Assembly (NCBI GenBank): GCA_973895155.1
Contig: OZ316892.1
Span: 30,386,932-30,450,931, forward strand
Direction: 5' to 3'
DNA from: Marsupella aquatica
Lineage: Eukaryota > Plantae > Marchantiophyta
Length of the DNA: 64,000 bases
Shown piece by piece: positions 12,834 through 25,522 of this stretch (position 1 is its first letter; the number at the start of each line of letters is the position of its first letter). The notes under the pieces are model-generated. The model made no database searches, was not told the DNA's origin, and was given only the letters and a program-made list of their open reading frames with translations. A program made the translations under genes and the position numbers.

Positions 12834-14023
12834 GTAGTGCGGGTGCAGGTTCCCAATTTTGAGACAATTTGGCTCATTTTATGTCCCGAGGGAATCCTGG
12901 AGTTTATGTATTGAGTTTCTAGGTGAAGATGCTTAATATAAGGAAATTCAATTATCACTTCGTTCCCAACTTCTATTAATTGAAAATACACAAGCTGGAA
13001 GCAAGAAGACAAGCCACAATCTAGCATCTTAGCCAAACACAATCGTCCCGACAAAGCAAAACTCAGTTGGACAGAAGTCACTCGGATCCACAAAAAATTG
13101 AAGATTCACCTCCAAGCCGGAGGCTGATCACTTCAGTACAGCAGCTTCTAGACTGAACAAACTCTGCTCAGCCCCACAGAAACACAAATGTTAAGGCTCC
13201 AAGTCAGAGCTCACAAACAGAAACTCAGATAAATAACATTCAAAATCTGTCCAGGTTTGTGCAAAGTGTACATATTCATTCTTCTGGAATGAACACGCAA
13301 TGCATACATCACCTAGACACAGTCATTATAAATCATTGGGCGATTGGGGACCACTAAGCAGGTGTGTTCCTATTTCGAGGCTACAGGAAAGGATAGAGTG
13401 ACACCAAACTCAAGAGTACACCAAAAGAAAAACAGCAAGAACCAAAGTCAATCATGTGTGGATAAACTGCACATGGGAAGTTCCCCTGAAGAAGCATCAG
13501 TTGCTAACATTGTCACCCGAACCACACCTAGTTTATGACCTCAATGTCTTCAGCCTCAATACCTAATCCTCAGCCCCCTGGTGCTTCCGTGTTTGTTCTG
13601 AAAATTTCTGTGATGAAATAATTATTCAATACATTCAATAGGAGTTCAGACAATCTGAAGAGGACTTTGGACTTGAATGGGGGACAGCGTGGCCATATAG
13701 TTATCCTTGTGGCCTTCAGCTACGTGTCTCACGCTGAATTTCACTTTCCAGTTTCGAGAGTTGTGAAGGTCTAGTTTTAGTAACTTCCTCCTGACTCGAC
13801 TTGGGAGCATTCTCTGTATTATTTTGCTAGCTTGTAGTTAGCTTTGACTCCTTTCAGCTTAGTTGACGACCCTCTTGAGATATTAACAATTAGAACAAAC
13901 ACAAGTTGTCAAGACAGATTCCACCGGAGCAAAAAGTCCAAAACCAGGTGAATGAAAACCTAAGGAGAGTCCATAAGAACGAAAGTAGGAAGGCAGGCGC
14001 ACGGGCCACCAAGAAAAGTAAAG

Positions 14024-14184
14024 GATGCATGTCATTAGTGGGGAGGGATCTTAGCAAAAGCAGGGGAAAGCAAGGGAACTTGCGGCTAAAATCAGCTGAA
14101 AGATGCATGTGATTAGTGGGAGGGATCTTAGCAAAAACAGGGGAAAGCAAGGGAACTTGCGGCTAAAATCAGCTGAAAGATGCA
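14024..14184. repeat. ~78-bp tandem duplication
   Basis: GATGCATGT.ATTAGTGGG.AGGGATCTTAGCAAAA.CAGGGGAAAGCAAGGGAACTTGCGGCTAAAATCAGCTGAAA is present twice. Confidence 0.85.
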
Positions 14185-17100
14185 CAGTTCCTAGAAATGT
14201 AGTGAACCTTAAGGTCGTCTGTTCACCCCCCCACCCCACCGCCGGGCACAAGGCATGTTCTGATACAGGGAGGAGCAAAACAATCATGTCAAGCAAGAAG
14301 TGTGGAGAGACCAATCTGTAAGCAAAAATAGGGGAGAACATACATACATCAGCAGCAACAGGAAACAAGAAAGATGAGTTTGGAAAGCATCTTAGGGTCG
14401 GGGACATCACTGCAACACCGGGACTTAGGATATGACTTGTTCTTAATCTGTTGATAGCATCCGGTAGGCCGGCAACCCATGGCAAAAGGGCAGAGCAGCA
14501 ATAACAGTTTGAATCTGACGGATGAAGCTCCAGGCAAATGAGCTCCAGGCGATTGGGTGCATGATTGAGCAGGCGATTGTAACAGCAGGCACCAGGTAAT
14601 TTAAAGGAAGCAACATTCGGCAATGGACCTAGGCAGCTCACAAATTTTGCTTAGCAGCGATGTCACCTAGACCCTAAACACGCAATGCATACATCACCTA
14701 GACAACTATACTTGCAGTCATGAGGTGAGTCCGCGTCGATAGGGGATTGCAGCCTTACCTGTGCCGATGTAGCACCAAGCCGCCCTAACTGAAGCTGCGT
14801 AGCAATCCGCAGCAATCGCTCAATGCAAAACAAGTCCCCGGTTGGCCTTGCAGCCCGATCATCCACCTTCAACCCTGCCACCAAGCAATGAGCTCTCCGC
14901 TGTTGCTCACCCTAAACCTTCAACACTCCCGCAAAGTTGTGTCTGCCCGCAAGATTGGGTGCGTGATTGATTCGGCAATTGTAACAGCAGGCAACCGCAA
15001 TCGGTCGCAGGCCATGGATACACAAGCTCCAATGTGCTCCCTTTAGCTGAAACAATACCAGTTGTCGCTCACCACCAACACTTTCAGCAACAACACATAT
15101 TTGTTGTAGTCCGCACCTTAAACCTTAGCCATGGGGTGGTCAATCAAGTTCCGCAATGCCTAAAACACCGACCACCTGACTTACATGAAATGTGCACACA
15201 GCTAAGCTCACCTGCAGCTCACGCCAACCACATTGAGACAACTGAAGTGAATACTGCCGTAGCTGAACTCGACTCCTCGCGACTCTTTCGCGCCTCCGTA
15301 GACTGCCTTACTCAAGTTGTCATTTTTGTATATTGAATCCCTAAACAACCCAATAAGTAGACAATTCATGCACGTAGCTCCTTCAATGGTTGACAGTGAA
15401 TATATTCAGAGTCAAAAGCAAAGCTTGGACATGTGACTATGCTAGACGTTTACACGGGGGAGGATCTAGTTCACTTATGAGACCGCATCTCAAACAGCTC
15501 AACTCTCTGTAACCGTAGCTCAAAGAGCTCAACTCTCAGTGACCCCAGCTCAAACAGGTCAACTCTCAGTGCCCGCACTTGAAACTCAATTTGCTGAAAC
15601 TCAGAAGGTCAAAGTGACTATTGCATGAGTAAGAACACCCTTTACCTCACTGGTGCCGAAAGCTCTCACAGGGGCTGTCACATTTCTCAGAAGTACTCTG
15701 TCACTAAACAAGAAACATGTGAAACTTGACTCCAGCTCCGGCTCCAAGTAAACAAGCTGGACTGCCGCGACAAGTTCCTGGTTCCTAATCCTAGTTTGCA
15801 GCTGAACGTTGAAGCAACTCTCATAAAGCTTTTTATCCATTGGCAATCACTACCTTATCATTTCAGCCTTATTATCTCATTGTGCAAACCTGGATGTCAC
15901 GGGGCATCTTGGGAGGTGAATGCAGCTAAGCAAAAGCTACAACATCTATTGCAAGCCGGTTCATGCAGATGGCAAGTTAAAGTCAAGCTTGAAATACACT
16001 TACAGCCGGCCGAATGTCAATAGCGCTCACTGTAAAAGGTTGAGATGTTGTCAATGACGGTAGCGCATTTTCTTATCCCTTCCACCTCACCAGTTGTAGC
16101 CCACACTCATGTTTAGAAAAATTTGCGCTGGTGAAACTTGGCCGGAACCTGAGTCAAAAACAGCTTCACAGCACAAAGAAGTCAACCAAACTTGCAGCCG
16201 CGAGGTCACATAGCAAAGTAGGGGATTGCAGCCTTACATGGGCTGATGCAGCACCAAGCCGCTCAAACTGAAGCTGCGTAGTAATCCGTAGCAGTATGTG
16301 AAGCTGAGCAACAATCCCCCGCTATTGCAATGTGATGGCAACTCAATCTTCAACTCACTTCCAACCCAGCTCCACTTGAAAGCCTCCTAGTCGGACTGCA
16401 ATGTACATCCAAAGGCGATCAATGCAATGTCTCCAGGCCTGGAGTCCCACTTTGCAAGAACAGTCCAAATGCACACCAAACCGCAATGAGAAGCTCCTGG
16501 TTCTCGATCCCAGGTTGCAGCTGAACGTCAAATTGACTCTCCCAGCTTGAAGGAACAAGTGCCTCCTACAGTGCCTTGCGCAGTGGCAAACGCCTCCTGC
16601 AGTGCCTCCCACAGTGCCTATGATCAATGCTAAACACATACAATGGCTGAATGTTGCCTACGACTCACATTCTGTTTTGTCTATGCAACACCCTAAACTC
16701 ACTCTTCTTGCCTCCTACTACTCCCATTGCAGTCGGGATTGCAATTTGTCAATGCAGCTTCAGCCTTAGTGATCGACAAACTGCCCCCTTTTTTCCCTCG
16801 CAAAGAATGCGCGATCAGCTCCTTGTCCGCAAATCCAAAGGAATCCAAGGCGCAATGGGAGTTGGCGTGAAGGAATCCATTAAACCCTAAACCTGGTTTA
16901 ATGTGCCCATATTTGTTTTCAACCGTCAGATCATCCTTTGATTAAGTTTACGACCGTCAGATCCTTGCTTGATTAATTAAGGTAAGGACTGTCACAAGTT
17001 CTTATGCTCATTCCATGAGCATAGTGTGTGGGGTGCCATTATCAGATATGTCTAATTATAACATGTAGACATGCCAAGTACATGGAGGTTCCAGCTGCAT

Positions 17101-17635
17101 TCCCAGTTCTTGGTGATTTTGAACCTTTAATTAAAGGAATCTAGATGGAACAATGTGTGGAGGGGGTACATGACGGTATGTATGCATGGCATGGCGTGCA
17201 ATAAGTAAAAATAACCTGCCCTTGCATATGTGAGAGTTAGAGATAACCAAGGAGATAACTTCAAATGTACCCATTTAGACACAAAAATGAGTCCAATTAA
17301 TATTACATGCATGCCATTGTGGGACCCTAGCTAGTTGGGATTATTTTGTTATGTTGTAACACTTGTAAACTTGTGGCATACATATGTTGTAATTCAGTCT
17401 ACTCTAATGTAGAGTATATATTTGAGATCTGTTAGCATTGACATTGACCAAGGACCTTTACTTACCTTGTAGAGTTGCGTACTCACACAATATCCCGAGG
17501 GCATCTCCTTTAGTCCCATTGACAACTAAGAAAATTAGGATATATCCTAAATGGTATGTGTTGGGCGGGGTCAAATGTGGTTAGATTGTGGTGTTAAACC
17601 CTAAGGCTCTCTTACATATATAACGCTCTATTGTA

Positions 17636-17852
17636 GAGGGAGTCACTTATACAACTTCATTCTTGTTGGCTGAACTTAGTTATAGTTGCAACTTCCCCAA
17701 TAGTTATAGAAATGACTTCCCAAGAATTCTCCAAAACTCAGTCCACAACTTGTAACTATAATGACACCCAAAACCTAGGAGTCACAAATTTTGCAAGGTC
17801 TCATTAGAGTCACTTAAGGCAGGGTCTCAGAATGGGCCGGTTTCTTCTAGTG
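17636..17852 (-). repeat. CACTA terminal inverted repeat and subterminal repeats
   Basis: Minus strand begins CACTAGAAGAAACCGGCCC. Short GGAGTCAC/AGAGTCAC/TGACTTCC/TGACACCC units occur in both orientations within ~220 bp. Confidence 0.75.
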
Positions 17853-20800
17853 AATGGATAATGCAAAAAAGTGGGTAGAATCATTACCCAAGCCTACAAG
17901 TGTTGCACTAGTAGTGGTGAACAAGCCTCCAGTAGTTGTTAACAAAGAAGTTCCGAAGCCTAGAAAAATATCTCAGGAGACAACAACCGGGACTGCAGGA
18001 ACAACGGTCGGGATAGCCTCCAAACAAGTGGTAGGGAAGCAAAGACAAAGAGAGAGGAAGGAGCGCGAGAAAACTGAGACACTGCCAAAGGAACCCAAGA
18101 AGAATCCAATAAAGAAGAAACAGAAAACTGACAAGACTATTGCGCGGTCAACTCCGACGGACGTACAGATGCTCCCAGAGGATGAGGGAGACAAACTTGA
18201 TGCCCCGGAGGAGAAGAAGGTCTTAGAAGGGAATGATGTTCTCCAAAGAATAGAGCAGTGGAGAAAATTTATCCTGCTCCGGCAAGGTTATGTTACAGGA
18301 TGCTCAACAGTGCCCATGTGAAGCACATAGCCGAATCCATGGTGAAAAACCCTGGACATGAACCTCACGTTGCAGACCTTCTTCCTTACAATCCAAAGCT
18401 TAGAAAGCTGCTTCATTTTGATAGCACGGAGAACAACCGCAAAGACCTTCTTGCAGGAGTGAAGAAAGGCGAGATTGTTTTCCTTGCTGTCAGTGGGCAA
18501 CATTCTGCTAGGGTGGCCAAATGGGTTCTTGAGTGGGCCGAAACTGATGCCAAGCTCACAGTTTTGGCAAAAAAGTTAAAATATAGGAAGGCTAGATTAT
18601 TGTCAGACCTTACGCCATTGGCTATACTGGTTGAGCACTCAATGAGATCAAATGCCATCAATTCTTTGATGGTGTTTCAATCGTGCTTCAAAGATACAAT
18701 TGTTCATGCAAGAAAACAATTCCTTGAAACTGGAAGACCAAGAAAGCCAAAGCACGGGGACAACAAATCAAACGCCCAAGACAATCAGAAATTTCAGGTG
18801 AGTTCTTGTTTGGACAGAGATGGTCTCTGTCCAAGAGTGTGACCTTCGGTTACGTTGATTTTTGTTCAATATATTTTGGGTTATGACTTGGATGGAGATG
18901 GTCTCTGTCCAAGAGTGAGACCTTCCATTCTGTAGATTTTACTTCATTCTACTTTTGGTTATGGCTTGGACGGAGATGGTCTCTGTCCAAGCAAGCGATT
19001 GTGTGTTGTCAAATCTCATTGATTATAGATAACTTACAACATTCTCCCTAATTTTTGACTGTAGGATTATCTGGCATTGGCAAGGATGACCATGGGGAGA
19101 AAAGACTTGAAAAATATATACTGGTTACTTTTTGCCGAGAATGATCTTTTTGAGTTATGGCGGTTAGTGTGCCAGATGTGGATTGATGGAAAACTTCCTG
19201 ATGGGGCTGGTACACAGGGAAACAAAAGGTCCGAAAAGGTGATAACCGTCGCCATGTTTCGTTGTTTTGATGGTGAAATCTCAAATAGAGATTTGACCAG
19301 AATTTTGAACAAGGTGAAGTCGGGTCAGATTTTATTGAAGAAAGATCCGACTAATAAGTCAGATGTTCCAGCGATGGAGGAGTTTGCAAAGGAGGTGAAG
19401 ATATTGATCAAATTGAAGTCTCTTATTGGAGATTACTACTTCAAGAAGGATCCAAAACACTTCCCAGCAGATACTGATTGGGCTAAAGTGATTGAAGTCC
19501 TCCCATTATTGGGTCCCGATTCGGAGTTGAACAGGTGCCGAAGAGCACTGGGCGATGTATGGTTGACAAATTTGTTGAAGTCAAATCATACAAAGGAGAG
19601 TGAGATATTGCCAATGACATTGGTGATGCGTCTAGATGATATTTACTGTCAAAAGTTTGGCGGTGGGATAAGTTCTCGGACCCAGCCATGGGTCACATTT
19701 TTAAGTAACAACCTAATGAAGACTGTGGATCCGGAGTCGTTGGAAGAACAATCTCCAACATGCCCTCTTGCAATTGTTGATTTCAGCCGACTTCAGCAAA
19801 AAGAGTGGACTGAAGTAGAGATTTTGGTCCTCTTCCAATATATGGTAGAGCTACCACGGAATCCTACCATTGTTGTGATGATAACTGTCCATCCAGGTTA
19901 TCTTGTATTGAATGTCCTAAGCGCTCTTCGTAAATTAGGACATTCAAAAACTTTGAGTATTCACATTGAGTATGGGAGTTATTACCGAGATGATCAACCT
20001 CACCCTCAGGACTCATGTTGGAAGGGAGGAATAGAAGAAGTTATCTTTGCCGGTATTTCTCGCGAGGAGAACGCCAGCTGGGATGAAGTGTTCAAGCCCA
20101 ACCAAATGAAGCCAAAATGGGTGTACGGTGAAAAGGATACTAATTTCATGGTTGAGAAGATCAAGGGAAAGGGAAAGGCCAAGGACGCGGACGAGGAGTC
20201 ATTGCATGAAGATCTAAAAAATATGATGACCCCAGAAGAGGCGACAATCCTTCTGCACATGGCACCTCGATTTGAGACTGTCGGCGCTCGGGGTGGGTGG
20301 GTGAATCCTCATGCCAAACCCACACAAATGATCCAAAAGATCATCCAAACACTGTCCGAGCCGGGGGATTTGATTCTTGACTTTTTCTCTGGTGATCAAG
20401 TGATGAAGGCATCCCTTTTTTCTCAATGTGAATGTTTTGTTTATTGTGACTCTCAACATGAGAGACATTTTGTGGAAGCATACGCTTCGTTCCTTTGTGA
20501 GAAGGTTCCCACCATCAAAGATCGTTATGATCGCTATGTCGGTGGAAGTTCTAGACATTGGGAACCCTCTTCTGCCGCTGTTGCTATTGAGGATGAATCA
20601 TATGGTGATCAAGAAGATGGAGCTGACCAATCAGTCAAAGACGATGGGCCATCGGAGGGGGCATACGTGAAGAATTTGGATGACCAAGTTGGCGAGGGTG
20701 AAAATATTGACCTTGTGGAAGACGATATGATTGTTGGATCTGCACCTTGCAGTTCACCAATTACAGATGTTGCCCCCATGGGCCCCAACAAGGGCCAATA

Positions 20801-21437
20801 TGATGATAACTTGGATAGAGATGGTCTCCATCCACAAGTGCCTGGACAAGAGATGGAAGTTGATACTTTTGAAAAACTTTCTTCAAACAACCTTCTCAAT
20901 CAAGGTGCGGAGAGGCATGGTGAGTCCAATGAACTTGACACATTGGGATTGAGACCACAGCCCATCCAAATAGCTGACATTCCCGTGAATGAAGCAAGTG
21001 CATCCACGACTGCTGACAACCAGGCAGGTGCTTCAATTTGTCCCGATACACTCTTTTCCACTTCTGATGACAAATTGGTGTTTGTTCGATCACAATCTAG
21101 AAGTCCCGTTGTCCTTCCACTCTCAAAAAAGAAAGGGAAGAGAGTAGGATCAACTGGATATAAGTCACTTGAATATGATTGTCGATGTTATGTGTGGAAA
21201 AGTGGACCCAATGTAGGAACTGAAGTTGCATTGGATGCTGCTCAATCAATTTTGAACAATGACTTGTACAAAAAGCACAAGAAAGATCCAACTTATAGAA
21301 GTGGAGAATTGGGATTGATAACTCCGGTTTGGTCTACACCTTATTGGATAGAGGAGAGTACCTCCGATGTCAATTATGAGATCCAACAAGAGCTTGGTGA
21401 TGATATCTTGATTGATGAATATGGATCGCATTGTTAG
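17853..21437 (+). pseudogene. ParB-like domain + beta-class DNA methyltransferase-like fusion gene, copy A (5'-truncated)
   Basis: ParB-like: EKIYPAPARLCYRMLNSAHVKHIAESMVKNPG..FLAVSGQHSARVA. Intron 18798-19064. MTase-like: NPHAKPTQMIQKIIQTLSEPGDLILDFFSG..CFVYCD. Frameshift near 18240. Confidence 0.75.
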
Positions 21438-21689
21438 CCAAGGTCTAGATTGAGCAATGTGACCTTATCAATTTGATATAATATAGTCTGTATAATTATA
21501 CTTCAAGTTTAACAATTAGAGCATCAGTATCAATATCCATCTCCTCTTTACGGTTTCTCAATGAATACGATCAGTATGCAGATATATTTTCTTTGTGGTT
21601 GGCCACTTGTGTTGGATTGACAGAGATGATCTCTATCCAAACTTCAAATGTGGTTTTTTCTCTAAGATTGGTATTTGTTGCACTTGCAG

Positions 21690-24600
21690 AACCAAGACCT
21701 TGTTCCATCAAGCGCAAATTGCTGATTTTGGATCTTAACAAAATACTTTGGGATTCAGTTGAATTCCAAAGCAAGGGCAAATCCAGAAATGTTGTGACCC
21801 CAGGTGGAGTGCATTGGGATAGAAAAAATGGAATTAGTCGCATGTACACAGAAAGGCCAGGGCTCCATGAGTTTCTAAAGTTGGTTTTTGACCGATTTGA
21901 CGTTGCAATTTGGACATGTGCTGGGGTACATCAAACAGTGAAAATGCTGAACATGATGTTCACTGCCAAGGAGCGGTTGAAGCTGTCACGCGATTGACAT
22001 GGGTCTTAACACCAAAAACGTCACTATGGGTGTCAAAACCATCTCCTTGTACCTGAGGATCACGAAGGGATGTTGTGAAGGCCGGTAAACACCAATTTAT
22101 GCCCTTAACACCAAACTAGATCATAGCCAGACTCCATCACACATCACCCAAGCTCAATCCCAAGGAACCAAGGTTGGGGATCAGGTCTGCGCTCATGATA
22201 GTTCTGGTGAGAAGGGGTCTTCATATCGGGCCCGTACACACAGGGCCTAGCGCTACGGTGCGCACAGGTCTATACGTATGCTTACTGTCATAGGTATGTT
22301 TCTATTCCGCCGCCGGAATGTACCCATAAACCAGTGACTCTTGACTGATTCCCGGCTTAGGGACTTCTAAGCCATTGCCCCACCACTCTGCCATTCCACT
22401 CTCAGCAATCAAAGCTATGACAGTCCTCACCCAGCCTGCTTCAATGCACCCTGTACACCTCTCAGTGGCGCTGCTAGTCCCATCATACACTCAGATTGCC
22501 TCACACACACACACATCCATGAGAGAAATGAGGCCTGAGAGGAAAACTCAATTAGATTCAAAGATGTGCACAATAGCTCACTGAGAACACTTGATCCGAA
22601 TACTAGGGCCGAAGGCTGTCTCCTCCAGATTGTGGCATGCTTGCCCTGCAAGCCCCATGCTTGCCATGCAAGCTCAATCCTGAACCTGAGCCCGGCTCAC
22701 TCCAGATTGCGACGGCAGATTGGACTCAAACCAATCCCGTACTTGCCTTGCAAACTCAATCCTAAACTCAACCTCCTTCACTGCACTTCATTCTTGGGGG
22801 CACATACAAATCTCACACCTCCAATTCAGAACGTCAAGTTATGCATACATAGTTGACTCGACTTCAAAGCTGGTACCAGGCCTAACGGCGATCTACCCCA
22901 GACTGCAATGAGGCCCGGCCTCACGCTTGCCCTGCAAGCTCCGCTCTGGCCATAGATCCCTTAGTGCTCTCCACCAGACAAAGGCCGGGACTCCCCATGG
23001 ATCACGTAGCCTTGCCGGACTGAACTGTAAATGCTCCTCCTGCTGCCCCTCAATCAATGTCTCAGCCTCCCTAATGTGCTCACCACAAATCAAATTGACA
23101 TCCTCCCCACAGTTTACAATCACCAATACATCACCTATCACCAAGGCTCTGTATCGGGGGAAAAGAACCCAGTTGTGCTACCCACTAGAAAGAGCCACAA
23201 TCCAACTCGCAAACCTAGCAACCCGTTGCTGTGAAGCTTGGCTGATTACTCCCTGAGTAATAGCACAACCAAGCTCTCCCCAACACGCAGCATCCAAGTC
23301 CAGCCTTGCTTGCACAGAGCTCCTCCCTGCTGCTCAGTCTAAGTGAGATCACACAACTGAAGTCCCCCCCCCCTTGCCTCTACCGGGGGGCTGCTCTATA
23401 TACTCTCATACTGAGCCCAAATGGGTGGATACTACGCTGCTGCAGCCCCATCCCAGCCCTAACAGAGCCGCCACTATCTCTAACTACTGAACCCTAACTC
23501 GCAACTTTATTTCTATCTCGAATTGGCTATGTACTTCGGATTTGGCCCTCCTCCATGGTTTTTGCGAGCTTGCGCCTCCTCTCCTGATTTCTCTATTCAA
23601 CCATTTGCTGCGTGGATATCAGCGTTGGAAGCGGCTTGAGATCCTCTTTCCAACGAGGTCAATTATAGCCGATTTGGTCAAATACACAGAGAGTTATGCC
23701 CCCGCAACCGAGAGGGGATACTCACTGCTGCGCTAACCCGAGTTACATAGCTAACCCGAGTTTGGCTAACCTAGCTATCCTATCTAACCCGAGTAGAGCT
23801 AACCCGTGGTCTCGGGTTAGGCCGCTACCCGCTATCCGCTAACCGCTAACCTAAGCTGAGCCCGAACCCGAGCTTACCTATGCTAACCTGAGCCCGAGTT
23901 TAGGCTAACCCGAGTTAAGTCTAACCCGGGATCAATCTAATCCAAACCCGGGTTAAGCCTAAGCTGAAGCCGTGCTTACCTGAGATAAGCTGAAGCCGTG
24001 CTTACCTAAGATAAGCCGTGGCCGAGCTTGGGTTAACCCGAAACTGAAGCCGAACCCGCTAGTTCCGGCCATAAGTTAACCCGTCACACTAATTAGGCCG
24101 TATCTTCCTTAATACACCTCCATTTCCCGAGTGTCATATCTATTTTACTTGCCTTGACCAGATCTTTCCAATGCTCTTTACAGATCCAGATTTGGTGACA
24201 TATTGAAAGAGATATGGTCACCGACCACCCGCGACATAGCTTTTCTTTCCCTACTCTTAACGCCATGATTGCCCTTATTCTTGTCATCTTGCTAATTGTT
24301 ATGCAATATCAATAGCTACTCCTTGCATACAGCAACCTACTTAATCAGATTACAAAATAAGGACCATGTCATTGGCGTCACAGAAACTTAAGTTTGTATT
24401 CACACAGGTGGAAGCCTTTGACACAAGCATTCAAAGGCGTGACATTACAAACGGAAAGGCAAATGTGCTACTGAAGGATTTTCGGGTGGTATGGAGTGGA
24501 TTTGGAAATCTATATGATGAAACCAACACCCTCCTTGTGGATGACTCCCCCCTTAAGGCATTTGCCAACCCAAGCATGACCGGACTATTTCCAGTGCCCT

Positions 24601-25110
24601 ACACGCATGCCAATGGTGGAGATAATTTTCTTCTAACAATTCTTTGGCCTTGTCTTGAGAAACTATCCCATGCAAGTGACATTAGATGTTATCTTCTTCT
24701 TAACTCTCCATTGTGGTCTCTATTGCACATAAAGAGAGACAAGGTAAAAAATGAAATTACTTATGATCAACTTAGTAAGAGATGTGCAACAAAAATTTGG
24801 AAGTCACAGTTTACGCATAGTGTGTTGGACCTCAATAGCAATGAGATTCCTTGGAACGTGAAGCATCATATATGTAGTTTACGTCCCGAGGTAGAACTTG
24901 ATGATGCACTTGTCACGTCACTTGCTAAAGCATTTGTAGGAAGGGACTATTCAGGTCCGCATAGAGAAAATCCCAGACACTTTTTGCGGGAGATTATAGC
25001 CATTAGGAACAACACCACCAAGTTTCAGCTCCCTAAAGATAAAGGGACTTGCAACCGTGACACTAGGGTAGATAGTAAAGGAGATAGGGGCACGTGCTCA
25101 AATACGAGGT
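21690..25110 (+). pseudogene. FCP1/NIF-like HAD phosphatase-domain gene, copy A, split by a solo LTR
   Basis: RKLLILDLNK..ERPGLHEFL..FDVAIWT, resuming after the insertion with LLKDFRVVW..YDETNTLLVDDSPLKAFANP. Removing 21984-24387 restores ERLKLKFVFTQ. Confidence 0.85.
21984..24382. mobile_element. Solo LTR (~2.4 kb)
   Basis: TG...CA ends with imperfect inverted termini (TGTCACGCGATTGACATGG vs TGTGACGCCAATGACATGG). 5-bp TSD GAAGC/GAAAC. No retroelement ORF. AACCCGAG-type repeat cluster at ~23730-24085. Confidence 0.85.
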
Positions 25111-25522
25111 ACACAACTTCATCAGTTATCAGTGACTTTCATCAGTCACTGATATCAGTCTGTGCCCAAAACTCAGCGACGCCGCCGACATGGACTTAAT
25201 TCACACCCACAGTCAAACCCTATGTCGGCGTCCACTCCGACAAAGTTTTGGTTCGGACAATTAGTAATGTTGGCTGCCTCTCTGACCATCTTGGCACCCT
25301 CTCTGAGATATCCTTGGAGTGTTGTTCCATCTCAGCTGAGCTCGCCAAGATAAAAACATACCCAGCAACGTGTACAACATAGCATATCAAATAGGAGCCA
25401 CATTAAGAATGTTTGGATGACACACTTTTTATTAAGCTTTGTACCGAACTTTACAACGATGTTGTCTATCTCAATTTTCTGAACTAAATTCCACTAGGCT
25501 GCGTCTCCATCTTCCATCCTCT

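Larger units (their letters stand above)
1..17852 (-). mobile_element. Large CACTA (En/Spm) DNA transposon; other end lies left of the window
   Basis: TnpD- and TnpA-like genes on the minus strand. The terminus reads CACTAGAAGAAACCGG on the minus strand (TAGTG at 17848-17852), with subterminal GAGTCAC/TGAC-type repeats. A truncated ParB-like ORF begins directly after it. Confidence 0.8.
17853..25110 (+). mobile_element. Element A fragment (relative of element B), cut by the CACTA on the left and element C on the right
   Basis: Same gene pair and order as element B (ParB-MTase-like gene, then FCP1-like gene), with its own dispersed palindrome. No transposase within the visible part. Confidence 0.7.

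Noticed and set aside
17001-17026. Alternative CACTA terminus (TAGTG at 17022-17026, hairpin TATGCTCA/TGAGCATA)
   Set aside because: The 17852 end has a more canonical TIR and subterminal repeats, and it coincides exactly with a gene truncation.
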